DNA of 64,000 bases, taken from assembly GCA_038205935.1 (NCBI GenBank), contig JBBRBK010000005.1, positions 1-64,000 on the forward strand, given 5' to 3'. The DNA is from Campylobacterales bacterium (GTDB lineage: Bacteria > Campylobacterota > Campylobacteria > Campylobacterales > Sulfurimonadaceae). This document shows, piece by piece, positions 40,532 to 51,211 of the stretch; position 1 is the stretch's first letter; each line of letters opens with the position of its first letter. Below the pieces are notes generated by a model. It was not told where the DNA came from. It searched no databases and worked only from the letters and a program-made list of their open reading frames with translations. The translations under genes were made by a program, and so were the position numbers.

Positions 40532-40587
40532 AAAATTGCCTTATATATTTTTACAGTGATTATACACAAATTTATTTAATAAAATAT

Positions 40588-40992
40588 CTAAATAGAATAC
40601 GAAAATGGCTGATAAGCCTGATCTATTTCAGAGAGTTTGAGTGAAAAAAGTTCTTGAACTTTTTTTTGTATATCTAACCAAAAAGATTCTAGTATGATAC
40701 TTGACCCTACATTTCCATCCACTTCAAAGAGCGTCCCTTCAAGCGACTCTATAATTTCTAAAACAGTTATCTCATGTGGCAGGCGCGAGAGTTTATACCC
40801 GCCGTTCGCACCTCTGACACTGCTGATCAGTCCTGATTTTCTAAGCTGTGAAAGCAGTTGTTCTAAGTAACTGTGAGAAAGCGATGTCATCGCAGCGATC
40901 TCTTTTACCTGCATCGTCCTGCCATTTGGCGCGTGAGAAAGTACATGCATCGCAGCCAAGCCGTATATCCCTTTTGAACTGACACCAACCAT
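40588..40992 (-). CDS. Rrf2 family transcriptional regulator, Cys-less (CymR-like)
   Basis: YLEQLLSQLRKSGLISSVRGANGGYKL; none of the IscR/NsrR cysteines. Confidence 0.9.
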   Translation of the reverse strand: MVGVSSKGIYGLAAMHVLSHAPNGRTMQVKEIAAMTSLSHSYLEQLLSQLRKSGLISSVRGANGGYKLSRLPHEITVLEIIESLEGTLFEVDGNVGSSIILESFWLDIQKKVQELFSLKLSEIDQAYQPFSYSI

Positions 40993-40994
40993 GA

Positions 40995-41438
40995 TTACTC
41001 CATAAAACTTGGATAGATTTTTTTAATAATAAAATAGATTTTACAACCGATACAATACGCAAAAACAATCTCAAGTCCTGTACAAAGTAAGAAAATACCT
41101 GCTGTTATATAAAGCGTTACATGTAAGTTTAAAAAGCTCTCGATTAACAATAAAAAGACAAAAACAACTCCAAAATGCGCCGCAAGTCTTTTTGCTCCAG
41201 CATCTGTCATCTCTGTTTTAAAAGAAAAAATCTTTTTACTAAAAATTGCGAGATTATAAACAATGCTGTATTTTTTGAGTCCATATAAACGCATCAAAAA
41301 ATCAACTAGGATGAAAAATAAAAACAATTTTTGGGCCGTGAGTAAAAACAAGATGACAAACAAAGAGACAAATACAGCACTTATTCTTGCTACAGTACCA
41401 TCGATGAGTCTAAATGCCAGAGGACAGCTTTGAGACAT
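40995..41438 (-). CDS. DUF4395 family membrane protein
   Basis: DAGAKRLAAHFG and YCIGCKIY motifs. Confidence 0.8.
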   Translation of the reverse strand: MSQSCPLAFRLIDGTVARISAVFVSLFVILFLLTAQKLFLFFILVDFLMRLYGLKKYSIVYNLAIFSKKIFSFKTEMTDAGAKRLAAHFGVVFVFLLLIESFLNLHVTLYITAGIFLLCTGLEIVFAYCIGCKIYFIIKKIYPSFME

Positions 41439-41498
41439 TATAAATCCTTTTAATAATTTTCTGCTGCAATAGTAGTCTTATTTTATTTTAATTACAAG

Positions 41499-41523
41499 TA
41501 TTCAGACTGTTTTACTAAGGATT
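41499..41523. promoter_or_regulatory. Candidate Rrf2-type operator
   Basis: TATTCAGACTGTTTTACTAAGGATT partly matches the IscR type-1 pattern (GACT-N5-AGTC core); lies upstream of DUF4395-rrf2. Confidence 0.25.
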
Positions 41524-41734
41524 AGCTATTTTTCTTTCTATTTTTTGATTGCACATGAATATATTGCTTGACTAAAAACGATGAAATGATTAAAAATAAT
41601 AATATAATACTCTTCATTGTAACGCTTACATGTAGAACATTATACATATTTTTTTAGCTTGACTAAGATTATTATCTTATCCAGTTATAAGTATTATATG
41701 TTAAAATTATAACTATTTTTCAAAAGGAGATTTG

Positions 41735-43099
41735 ATGAACAAAATTGTAGGCTTTATATGTGTCTCAATCGCGCTCTATGCAAATGTTATTAACACTTCA
41801 GGTTCCCTATCTATGCAACAAGCAATAGAGATAGTGAAATCGGATAACTTGGAACTCAAAACGGCTAAATTCGATGAGCAGATTGCAAGCGAAGATATAG
41901 ATATAGCAAAGGGATCTAACTTTGGAAGCCTTACTCTCTCACAAGATGTCTCAAGAAGTAATGACGCGGGAAATGTGTTTGGGTTTAAACTTGCATCACG
42001 TGAAGCTACTTTTGGAGATTTTGGATTTTCACAATTCAATAGTAGCAATCCAAGTATTTTAACCGTTCAACCTCATGACCTAAACTATCCAGCAGATAGA
42101 AACTTCTTCCAAACAAAACTCAAATATGAACTAGCACTTTTTACAGGCTTTAAAATTTCAAGCTATGAAAATATGGCAAAAGCTATGAAAAAGATGAAGA
42201 CACTTGATAAAGATGCGCTAATCCATGAAAAAGTCTATGAAGTTAAAAAAAGCTACTATGACATGGCACTGCTTGAAGATGCGATCAAAAATCTTAGTGT
42301 CATTCAAAAGAACATCAATACTCTAGAAAATACAACTCAAAGCATGATTGAAGAGGGATACGCAAAAAATGTGGATCTTCTTGAAGTGCAATCAAAAAAA
42401 GGCAATGTCGAGCGTCTTTTAAATCAAATGAGATCAAACGAAAAACTTTTATACCAATATCTCAGCTTTTTACTCAATCAAGATGTCACAACTATCCAGA
42501 CGCCAAGCGAAGATGTCACTATGCCCCAACTAAGTGATGAAGCAATTTTAGCAAATAACATAGATATCAAAAAAGCGACTACAGGCCTTGAAGTCAGAAA
42601 CAATATGGTTAGTGCTCAAAATGCAGCTTACTATCCAACAGTCGGTGCTTTTGGTGAAATTTCAACTGCAGATACTAGTAGTTTTTTAGGTAATGCTGAT
42701 GATCATAAATCTTATACAGTCGGCGCAAGAGTTAGTTGGAATCTTTTTAACGGTGGTATCGATGCTTCATCAATTCAAAAAGCCAAAATCGAGCAGATGA
42801 AAACAAAAACTCAAGTTGAAATCGCAAAAAAAGGGATTATCCTTCAAGCAGATAAAATTAAAACTGAAATCTCCTCTTATGATGATGATATCGTTTCATT
42901 AAAAAAAGAGTTAGCTCTTGCAGACGAAATCTATAACAACTATGAAGGAAGATACAAAGAACAACTCACTTCCATGAGTACGGTTATTATAAAACAGTCC
43001 GAGCAGATCGAAAAAATCGTCAAACTTGAAGAAATAAGAAACAAAAGAAATGAGCGTATTTTCGCATTAGAAAAACTATCAAACGGAGATAAAGAATGA
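41735..43099 (+). CDS. TolC family outer membrane efflux protein
   Basis: SD AAGGAG; OEP repeats (LFTGF, YYPTVG, WNLFNGG). Confidence 0.9.
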   Translation: MNKIVGFICVSIALYANVINTSGSLSMQQAIEIVKSDNLELKTAKFDEQIASEDIDIAKGSNFGSLTLSQDVSRSNDAGNVFGFKLASREATFGDFGFSQFNSSNPSILTVQPHDLNYPADRNFFQTKLKYELALFTGFKISSYENMAKAMKKMKTLDKDALIHEKVYEVKKSYYDMALLEDAIKNLSVIQKNINTLENTTQSMIEEGYAKNVDLLEVQSKKGNVERLLNQMRSNEKLLYQYLSFLLNQDVTTIQTPSEDVTMPQLSDEAILANNIDIKKATTGLEVRNNMVSAQNAAYYPTVGAFGEISTADTSSFLGNADDHKSYTVGARVSWNLFNGGIDASSIQKAKIEQMKTKTQVEIAKKGIILQADKIKTEISSYDDDIVSLKKELALADEIYNNYEGRYKEQLTSMSTVIIKQSEQIEKIVKLEEIRNKRNERIFALEKLSNGDKE

Positions 43100-43884
43100 A
43101 AAAAATATTAGGGATTTTATTACTCAGTTCAACACTTTTTGCTGGAGTTGTCACTGTTTCAGGAAGTGTTATTTCAGATAACCAAAAGATGATCACAAGC
43201 CGTTTTATGGGTTTTGTAACTCAGGTAAATGTTTCAGAAGGTGATAGAGTAAAAAAAGGGCAATTGCTTTACAGTATCGATTCAAAAGAGGTTGATTCTT
43301 CTATGAGTCAAGTTCAGCTTGGAATCTCACAAGCACAGCTTTCTCTTCAAATGTATCAAAACCAATACTCAAATGTCAAGCTCAACCTTGAACGTAATAA
43401 ACGTCTTTTAGCTAAAGATATGGTCTCAAAATATGATGTGGAAAATCTTCAGCTTGCGGCTAAAAATCTTGAAGATATGATAACAATCGCAAAACAACAG
43501 GTCAATCAAGCACAAGCGCGTCTCTATGAGGTTAAAAACCAGTACAACTACCTCAATATTAAAGCTCCTAATGATGGTGTTGTTATCTCTAAAAACATTA
43601 AAGTGGGAGAGATGGCAATGCCAGGAATGCCTGCAATCGTACTTTCAGATTTAAGCGATCTTAAAATCTCTGTAGATGTTGCAGAAAATGACCTTCAAAA
43701 ATTTGCTTATGGTAAAAAAGTTAAAGTTGAAATTCCCTCAGCTGGTATCGTAGCTATCGGCAAAGTAACAGCGATCATACCAAACTCAAATCCAATGACG
43801 CACTCATTTAAAATAAAGATCTCATTTAACCCTAACCATAAAGTAGTATATCCCGGTATGTATGCTACGGTTACAGCTGAGTAA
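43096..43884 (+). CDS. RND periplasmic adaptor subunit
   Basis: VSEGDRVKKGQLL, IKAPNDGVV, YPGMYA. Confidence 0.92.
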   Translation: MKKILGILLLSSTLFAGVVTVSGSVISDNQKMITSRFMGFVTQVNVSEGDRVKKGQLLYSIDSKEVDSSMSQVQLGISQAQLSLQMYQNQYSNVKLNLERNKRLLAKDMVSKYDVENLQLAAKNLEDMITIAKQQVNQAQARLYEVKNQYNYLNIKAPNDGVVISKNIKVGEMAMPGMPAIVLSDLSDLKISVDVAENDLQKFAYGKKVKVEIPSAGIVAIGKVTAIIPNSNPMTHSFKIKISFNPNHKVVYPGMYATVTAE

Positions 43885-43895
43885 GGCGGAACCGT

Positions 43896-45482
43896 ATGAA
43901 ACAACAACCCTATGTGCCAAAAGATATAGCCGGAAAACTGGCTAAGACTTTTATTCGCAATCCTCTTACTCTGGTACTTGGAATCTTTCTGTTCGCACTT
44001 GGATACCTTTCGCTTGAAGTTATGCCACGCGAGGAAAACCCTCAAATGGTTGTCAGCGGTTCGACTGTTATTGTGGCCCTTCCTGGAGCTACAGCTGAGG
44101 AAGTTGAACGTGTTATTGTCAAGCCATTAGAGAGAAAACTCAAAGAGGTCAAAGGTGTCGAACATATCTACGGTAGAGCTATGGATAATGTCGGTATCGT
44201 GAATGCCGCATTTCTTATAGGCCAGAACAAAGAAGATTCAAACCTCAAAATCTACGATAAAATTATGCAAAACTCCAATATGTTTCCAAAGGGTTCCATG
44301 AATCCAATTATCAAACCTTTGGATATTGACGTCGATATTCCTATCGTTTCTGTAGCATTTTACAGTAATGACAAAAATATGTCTGAAACAGATCTGTATG
44401 ATCATGTCAAAACGATGCAACACTATATTAATGGTTTGCCAAACGTTGCTGTTACAGACTTAAAAGGTGGACATAAGCACCAGTTTAATATTGAAGTCGA
44501 TATCAATAAACTCTCTGGATATAATCTTTCTCTCGGTCAAATTTCACAGGCTGTACAGTCTCTTGCTTACAATGTTCCAAATATTAAAAATAGAACGCAG
44601 GACAATAAAATTGTTATTTTAGGCTTAAAGAATGCTGTTCAGACGATAGATGATGTTGGAAATATCATGGTTGCCGAATATATGGGCTCTCCAATCTATC
44701 TCAAACAAGTTGCAACTGTTACAGACGGTTATAACTATCAAAATTTTCAGTCAGCACAAATAAGTATTGAAACACAAGAGCACTCTTTTACACCTATGCA
44801 AAATCAAGTAACCCTGACTGTATCTAAACTTCAAGGCACAAATGCGGTTGTTATATCTGATTCTGTGAAAGAGGAACTCGGCAAATACAAAGATATGCTT
44901 TCAAAAAGTGGAATTAACTATGTTATTACAAGAAATGATGGTGAGCGTGCGAATGATGCCGTCAACGAACTTGTCATGCACTTGGTTATATCTATTATTA
45001 TCATCGCTGTTCTATTGATATTTGTACTGGGATGGAGAGAATCACTGATCGTAACTTTTACAGTTCCGGCGATTCTTGCCATTACGCTCTTTGTAGCCTA
45101 TCTCACAGGTCAAACCATAAATAGAATTACGCTCTTTGCCTTCTTGCTCAGCCTTGGACTTTTGGTTGATGCGGCTATTATTGTTATTGAAAATATTCAC
45201 CGTCATTATCACTCTGCCGATTCCGCGCACAAAGATAAAGATGAGTTGATGATAGAAGCAACTGATGAGATTGGCGCACCAACAAATATTGCCACTTTAG
45301 CGATCATTATGACAATGGTTCCTATGGCATTTGTCGGTCAGATGATGGGACAGTTTATGAAACCAATCCCTGCAAATGTTCCCGTGGCTCTCATAGCTTC
45401 ACTTTTTGTAGCTTATATTTTCACCCCTTACCTTGCTGTAAGAATACTCAAAAGACCTAAGCATGACGAGGAGCACAAATAA
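43896..45482 (+). CDS. RND permease, N-terminal half of a split AcrB-like pump
   Basis: PREENPQ, PGATAEEVE, GLLVDAAIIVIENI, GQFMKPIP. Confidence 0.88.
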   Translation: MKQQPYVPKDIAGKLAKTFIRNPLTLVLGIFLFALGYLSLEVMPREENPQMVVSGSTVIVALPGATAEEVERVIVKPLERKLKEVKGVEHIYGRAMDNVGIVNAAFLIGQNKEDSNLKIYDKIMQNSNMFPKGSMNPIIKPLDIDVDIPIVSVAFYSNDKNMSETDLYDHVKTMQHYINGLPNVAVTDLKGGHKHQFNIEVDINKLSGYNLSLGQISQAVQSLAYNVPNIKNRTQDNKIVILGLKNAVQTIDDVGNIMVAEYMGSPIYLKQVATVTDGYNYQNFQSAQISIETQEHSFTPMQNQVTLTVSKLQGTNAVVISDSVKEELGKYKDMLSKSGINYVITRNDGERANDAVNELVMHLVISIIIIAVLLIFVLGWRESLIVTFTVPAILAITLFVAYLTGQTINRITLFAFLLSLGLLVDAAIIVIENIHRHYHSADSAHKDKDELMIEATDEIGAPTNIATLAIIMTMVPMAFVGQMMGQFMKPIPANVPVALIASLFVAYIFTPYLAVRILKRPKHDEEHK

Positions 45483-47194
45483 TGTTTAAAAAATTTGAAA
45501 AAGCCGTTTTAACTGGAATACAAAGTAAAAGTCAAAGAAAATTTATTCTTATAGGAACGGTTGTCGCTCTTATACTTTCTATCATGATGATTCCAACTGA
45601 CTTAGTTTTGGCAAAAATGCTTCCTGGGAAAAATAATGATACTTATAATATTTATGTAAAATTACCTGATGGCAGCTCAATCGAGCAAACAACTAGTGTA
45701 ACAAACTGTGTGGCATCTGTTATGCAAAAAGAGAAAGAGGTCACAAACCTTGAAGTCTTTTTAGGTATGGGCTCTCCTCTTGACTTTGCAGGTCTCATAA
45801 AAGGATCACAATTTAAAAACTCTGAAAATGTGGCAGAACTTGTTGTTAATCTTACAAAAAAAGATGAAAGAAAAGAGCCATCTTATATCATGGTACAACG
45901 TCTTCGTCCTGTTGTTTTAAAAGCTTGCCAACCGATAGTGCCACAAAGTGATATCTCATTTGTCGAGCCACCAGCTGGACCACCAACAATGGCAGCAATC
46001 GTTGCAGAGATCTATGGAGATAATGCCGATGGGATTAGAGTTTTATCAACTAAAGTTGAAAATATCTTCAAAAAGACTAAAGATTTAGTAGATGTCGACA
46101 CGATGGAAGATACTATTTACAGCACATTTGATATTAAAGTAGATGCAGAAAAAGCTGCACGTTCGGGTATTGCTATAAAACAAATAAACGACATCATGTA
46201 TCTGGCATTCGAGGGAATGGACATTGCAGTTAAAAACTCTGCCAAATACAATGACCAAATCCCAATCTTTTTATCACTCAGTAATGATACAAAAAGATTT
46301 ACAAAAAAAGATCTTGACGGAGTTCAATCAAAACTCTCAAGCCTTAAACTCATGAATAAATATGGAATGATGGTTCCTATAACAGAACTTGTATCAATTG
46401 TCCCTACACAGTCACACCCTGTTATTATAAGCAAAGATCTTCATCAAATGACAAATGTTATGGCTGAGACAGATATGGTTTCTCAAGTCTATCCACTCAT
46501 AGATGCAAGAGCAGTCATTTTAAAAGAGCTTTCAAATGATTATGAGATCACAAAAACAGGACTCTTTGATCTCCAACTCAAAGATAAAAAAAGTGGTGAG
46601 ATTTATCAGCTTAAATGGGATGGAGAGATGAAAGTAACACTTGATACTTTCAGAGACCTCGGCGGTGCTTTTATCGCAGCACTGATACTTATTTTCTTAC
46701 TTATGGTTATCTATTATAAAAGCTATACCCTCAGCGGCATTATATTAGCAGGAAGTTTTCTTTCCATCATCGGCGTAATAGTGGGACACTGGATTATGAA
46801 TCTTTTCACTGCAGATACTTTCTTTTTGACAGCGACATCGCTCATCGGCTTTATCGCCCTTATCGGGATAAGTTCACGTAACTCACTTCTACTAATTGAT
46901 TTTACAAAATCATTAATGTATGACAAAGCTATGCCAAAAGCTGAAGCCATCGCATACGCAACAGCAACACGCGCTAAACCAATTTTCTTAACAGCTGTGG
47001 CTATTATTCTGGCTTCAACTTTACTTGCTGGAGACGCGGTATTTGGAGGTCTTGGTGTTTCACTAATATTTGGAACTATTGCAGCGGTTATCGCTTCTTT
47101 AATAGTAGTACCTATACTTTTATACAACGCAGATTTAGAAAAACAATTTCAATTTCATGAAAAGAAAGCTGTTTCTATAGCAGACCCTCTTTAA
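45482..47194 (+). CDS. RND permease, C-terminal half of a split AcrB-like pump
   Basis: Own SD GAGGAG, TAATG coupling; LPDGSSIEQT, RNSLLLIDF, RAKPIFLT. Confidence 0.88.
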   Translation: MFKKFEKAVLTGIQSKSQRKFILIGTVVALILSIMMIPTDLVLAKMLPGKNNDTYNIYVKLPDGSSIEQTTSVTNCVASVMQKEKEVTNLEVFLGMGSPLDFAGLIKGSQFKNSENVAELVVNLTKKDERKEPSYIMVQRLRPVVLKACQPIVPQSDISFVEPPAGPPTMAAIVAEIYGDNADGIRVLSTKVENIFKKTKDLVDVDTMEDTIYSTFDIKVDAEKAARSGIAIKQINDIMYLAFEGMDIAVKNSAKYNDQIPIFLSLSNDTKRFTKKDLDGVQSKLSSLKLMNKYGMMVPITELVSIVPTQSHPVIISKDLHQMTNVMAETDMVSQVYPLIDARAVILKELSNDYEITKTGLFDLQLKDKKSGEIYQLKWDGEMKVTLDTFRDLGGAFIAALILIFLLMVIYYKSYTLSGIILAGSFLSIIGVIVGHWIMNLFTADTFFLTATSLIGFIALIGISSRNSLLLIDFTKSLMYDKAMPKAEAIAYATATRAKPIFLTAVAIILASTLLAGDAVFGGLGVSLIFGTIAAVIASLIVVPILLYNADLEKQFQFHEKKAVSIADPL

Positions 47195-47201
47195 TCTTCA
47201 C

Positions 47202-47239
47202 CTCTTACATGTAAAGCTTTTTTAGTCTACATGTAAGAG
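47202..47239. repeat. Inverted repeat made of two TTACATGTAA-family copies (possible RND operon terminator)
   Basis: CTCTTACATGTA (47202-47213) ... TACATGTAAGAG (47228-47239), starting 8 nt after the stop at 47194. Confidence 0.7.
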
Positions 47240-47319
47240 CTCTCATTTTAAATTCTACATATTTATATATATTAAGATAAATTATTGACTAGCTTTTAAT
47301 TCATAAGAAGAGAGAAGAT

Positions 47320-47346
47320 TTAGACAGAAGGATACCTTCTGTCTAA
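47320..47346 (-). terminator. Rho-independent terminator of serA
   Basis: Perfect 12-bp stem TTAGACAGAAGG-ata-CCTTCTGTCTAA just after the serA stop; pyrimidine-rich tail on the minus strand. Confidence 0.75.
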
Positions 47347-47358
47347 GAAATAAGAAGA

Positions 47359-48945
47359 TTAAATTTTTGCGTAAGTTACACTGATACAAGCATCAAGGTT
47401 ACTAAGTTCTTTAAGTACATTTTCACTCACTGCGCTATCTACGATGATAACTGCAAGTGCTTCTGACTTAGAATTTCTTCCAAGACGGAAATCTGAGATA
47501 TTGACATTATTAGTTGCCAAAATAGTACCCACGCTTCCGATAACTCCTGGAACGTCAGTATTCTTAAAGAAAATCATATTACCTTTTAAAGCTACATCAA
47601 CGCTAAATCCATCGATCTCTACGATACGTTGGATATTATCATCAAATATCGTAGCTCTGATAGTTGTGACTGCTTTATCAGTTGTAAGTTTTACAGTGAT
47701 AAGATTTTTATAAACAGATGAGTCAGCTAAAGCTTCAGTCTCTACTTTGATCCCTTTTTCATTTGCGATAAAATCAGCATTTACATAGTTAATCGTATCT
47801 CCACTACTTTCAGCTAAAGCGCCAACCGTCACAAATGTTGAAAGAGAATCAACAAACTCAGCGATCGGGCCTTGTCCGCTTACTTTGATAGAAACAACTG
47901 GAGCGCGATTTTTTTGAGAAGCTAGAAAGCCAAGTTTTTGTCCCATTTCCAAATACGGTTTTACAAACGCAGGAATTTTACTTTCATCAATTGGAAGATT
48001 GAGCGCATTTGGATACGAGATCCCTTTTGCCGCTTGAATAGCTTGCTCCGCCGCTTCAGTTCCGATGTTGTATTGAGATTCATACGTATTTGCACCTAAA
48101 TGTGGAGAAACGATGATATTATCTAAGTCAAGTAAAGGATTGCTAGTAGCTGGCTCTTTGACAAAAACATCAATACCTGCAAAACGGATTTTTCCAGATT
48201 TAAGACCATTATAAAGAGCTTCTTCATTGTAAAGACCACCACGAGCACAGTTCACTAAAACCACACCGTCTTTCATCTTTGCAATCTCTGCTTCATTGAT
48301 AATATTGACCGTTTCACTGTTTTTTGGAGTGTGGATAGTAATAATATCACAGGCCAAAATATCTTCAAAATTATTAGTATGAACCATATCAAGATCAGTT
48401 ACTTTAGATGGGTGAATATATGGATCGTAAGCAACGATATCCATCTCAAAAGCTTTTGCACGTTTTGCGACGCGTGAACCAATATTACCAAAACCGATAA
48501 CACCTAGTTTTTTCCCTTTAAGCTCATAACCATACCATTTTTCACGTTTCCAAATACGTTGATTTTTCAAGTGATCATGTGAATATGGAAACATTCTCAT
48601 ACATGAAAGCATGTGCGCCATTGTAAGCTCAACGGCTGCAATAGTATTTGCAGTAGGCACATTCATAACGATGATACCCTCTTTTGAACAACCCTCTATG
48701 TCAACATTATCAACACCGACACCAGCGCGCACAATTGCTTTCATATTTTTAGCTGCTGCTATAAATTTAGCATCAACATCAGTCGAACTGCGAGTAATTG
48801 CTATATCAGCATTTTCAAGCATTCCTAAAAGTTCTGTTTTATCTACGTCTGCCGCAAAAACATAATTGATACTTGGATCATTTTGAAGCATTGCAAGCCC
48901 AGCTTCATGAATATGGTCACAAACTATTACTGTACTTTTTTCCAT
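47359..48945 (-). CDS. serA: D-3-phosphoglycerate dehydrogenase
   Basis: RAGVGVDNVD, GFGNIG, NCARGG, PHLGANT, C-terminal ACT domain. Confidence 0.96.
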   Translation of the reverse strand: MEKSTVIVCDHIHEAGLAMLQNDPSINYVFAADVDKTELLGMLENADIAITRSSTDVDAKFIAAAKNMKAIVRAGVGVDNVDIEGCSKEGIIVMNVPTANTIAAVELTMAHMLSCMRMFPYSHDHLKNQRIWKREKWYGYELKGKKLGVIGFGNIGSRVAKRAKAFEMDIVAYDPYIHPSKVTDLDMVHTNNFEDILACDIITIHTPKNSETVNIINEAEIAKMKDGVVLVNCARGGLYNEEALYNGLKSGKIRFAGIDVFVKEPATSNPLLDLDNIIVSPHLGANTYESQYNIGTEAAEQAIQAAKGISYPNALNLPIDESKIPAFVKPYLEMGQKLGFLASQKNRAPVVSIKVSGQGPIAEFVDSLSTFVTVGALAESSGDTINYVNADFIANEKGIKVETEALADSSVYKNLITVKLTTDKAVTTIRATIFDDNIQRIVEIDGFSVDVALKGNMIFFKNTDVPGVIGSVGTILATNNVNISDFRLGRNSKSEALAVIIVDSAVSENVLKELSNLDACISVTYAKI

Positions 48946-49424
48946 TGTTTCTCCTCTTTATAAGGCAAAATTTTTGCACTTATATCATAAGTATTTAAAG
49001 CTTTTTCTAAAAGATCCAATTTACTTTTATCATCTAGATAGAGAAGTATTTTGGTATCTCCTTGATTTTTATTTAAAAAATAACGCACATTATACTGTTT
49101 TAATACTTCTTGTAAACAAAATAATTTATAAGCATCAGAAACAGGTGCATCTAACTGATAAGTCTTGGTCGTAGTGTTTTGCTCATTAAGATCCAAATTA
49201 ATGTAAATCTCATTTACAGGATAATAATATCCACTCTGTTCACTTTTGGAGAAATGATTTAGCCACATACTTTCGGGCTCATCATCTTGTGTTTTTATAT
49301 TTGTTGTTTGAAGTTTGTCTACTTGAGTATTTTCCGATGGGTTAATCTTAATTAAAAAAACTACAATAAAAATGGCTACCCCAACTGTTATAATTGGAGT
49401 CAGCCATTTAAATGCTTTATGCAT
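48927..49424 (-). CDS. Hypothetical membrane-anchored protein
   Basis: Lies between rpsA and serA; N-terminal TM; YYYPVNE, YKLFCL. Confidence 0.6.
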   Translation of the reverse strand: MHKAFKWLTPIITVGVAIFIVVFLIKINPSENTQVDKLQTTNIKTQDDEPESMWLNHFSKSEQSGYYYPVNEIYINLDLNEQNTTTKTYQLDAPVSDAYKLFCLQEVLKQYNVRYFLNKNQGDTKILLYLDDKSKLDLLEKALNTYDISAKILPYKEEKQWKKVQ

Positions 49425-49425
49425 T

Positions 49426-51087
49426 TTATTGTAGTTGATCTTTTATCAAATCACCTAGAGAGTGTGATTCATTGTCGTTGATCTCATTCATCAACTCTTG
49501 GTTTTTGATGTAATCAAGTTTTTTGATTGATAAACGGATACGGTCACGACGAGTGTCGATAGACGCGATAGCTGCTTCTATATCTGAACCAATAGTTAAT
49601 TCCTCTTTTACAAGTGGAGCTAAATCTTCATCACGGATAAGAGCATCAATACCATCATCAAGTTGAACGAAGATACCGAAATCTTTGATATCACGGATTT
49701 TTCCATGAACTAATTGATTTACTTTATGTGTCGTTGCAAATTTATCGATCGGGCTTTCTTGTAAAGCTTTGGAGTTTAAAGAGATTTTTTGATCTTCTTT
49801 ATTGATTTTTGCAATTTTAACTTTTACTTCTTCGCCAACTTTGAGCATCTCTTTACATTTAAAGTTTTTCTCCCAGCTTGCGTCTTGGTTATGTAATAAG
49901 CCTTCAACAGTACCGATACGAACAAACGCACCAAAATCAGTTAAAGATGTAACAACACCATCAACTACGTCACCTTCGTGAAAGTTTTTTGTAAACTCAT
50001 CAAACGGTTTTGGTAAAAGACGTTTGAGTGACACACGGAGTTTATGAGTCTTAGGATTAATCTCTATAACTTCAACATCAAGCTCTTGACCAACAGTTAA
50101 ATAATCAGCAGGATTTTTAACGTTTTTGTCCCAAGTGATTTCAGAGATGTGTAAGAAACCTTCAATATCATTTCCAAGGTCTACAAATACACCATAAGCT
50201 TCTACATTGCTTACAGTTACTGTAATTGTATCGCCTTCGTCTAATTCATCTTCAACTTCTGCCCAAGGATCTGGCTGAACAGCTTTGATAGAAAGTGAAA
50301 GATGACGTTTGTCTTTATCATAAGAGATTGCTTTTACAGTTACAACATCACCCTCTTTATAAAGTTTTGAAGGATTTACCGGACCTTTATAAGAGATCTC
50401 ATTGTAGTGAACTAAACCATCAACACCACCAACATCTACGAACATGCCGTAGCTAGTGATCTTTTTGATTGTTCCCTCAACAATTACATCTTCTGCCATC
50501 AATGCATCAATGATCTCTTTTTTACGTTTACGCTCTTCGTTGAAGAGTTTACGACGTGAAACAACGATAGCCATTTCAGCCTGATCAATCTTAACTACTT
50601 GAGCTTTGATTTTACGTCCAATTACTTCTTCATTGTCTTTAAAAGCTGCCAATGAACGAGGCATAAAGAATGATACATCATCCGCTTCTACCACATAACC
50701 ACCACGATTTTTCTTAGTGATTGTACCTTCGATGATAAGTTCTTCAAAATCATCTTTATGAGCCTCAATGAAATCAAGAGTTTTCTTTTGCTCCAATACC
50801 TTTTTATAAGATATTTTCGGACGCTCATTGTAGTGACCTGTTACCATAACAGTAATTTTATCACCTACAGCGAATGTTAATTCTCCGTTTTCATCACGTA
50901 ATTCATCTAAACTAAGAATACCTTCTAGTTTATCGCCTACGCCTACTAAAGCTCTGTTTTCATCTAATTGTATTTCTACGATTTCGCCTTCTGTTATACG
51001 GTTTGATTCTTGCTCTTTAAGAGACGCTTCAAACATTTCAGCAAAATTTTCTTCTTCAAATGGTTCGTTATCGATTGCCATACTCAT
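49426..51087 (-). CDS. rpsA: 30S ribosomal protein S1
   Basis: Six S1 repeats (YGMFVDVGGVDGLVH, YGVFVDL, FGAFV, FGIFV). Confidence 0.97.
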   Translation of the reverse strand: MSMAIDNEPFEEENFAEMFEASLKEQESNRITEGEIVEIQLDENRALVGVGDKLEGILSLDELRDENGELTFAVGDKITVMVTGHYNERPKISYKKVLEQKKTLDFIEAHKDDFEELIIEGTITKKNRGGYVVEADDVSFFMPRSLAAFKDNEEVIGRKIKAQVVKIDQAEMAIVVSRRKLFNEERKRKKEIIDALMAEDVIVEGTIKKITSYGMFVDVGGVDGLVHYNEISYKGPVNPSKLYKEGDVVTVKAISYDKDKRHLSLSIKAVQPDPWAEVEDELDEGDTITVTVSNVEAYGVFVDLGNDIEGFLHISEITWDKNVKNPADYLTVGQELDVEVIEINPKTHKLRVSLKRLLPKPFDEFTKNFHEGDVVDGVVTSLTDFGAFVRIGTVEGLLHNQDASWEKNFKCKEMLKVGEEVKVKIAKINKEDQKISLNSKALQESPIDKFATTHKVNQLVHGKIRDIKDFGIFVQLDDGIDALIRDEDLAPLVKEELTIGSDIEAAIASIDTRRDRIRLSIKKLDYIKNQELMNEINDNESHSLGDLIKDQLQ

Positions 51088-51211
51088 TTCCCTTGTTACA
51101 TATAAAATTCCGTAAGTGTACCTAAAAAAGAGTTACAGATATATTAATTTGCCAATTTTTCCAATAAAAAAAGATATAATCGAAGTATAAAAAGTTGATC
51201 AAGGAATAACA

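Noticed and set aside
43896..47194. Split RND as a frameshifted pseudogene
   Set aside because: The second half has its own SD and coupled start, and the split falls at the natural domain boundary.
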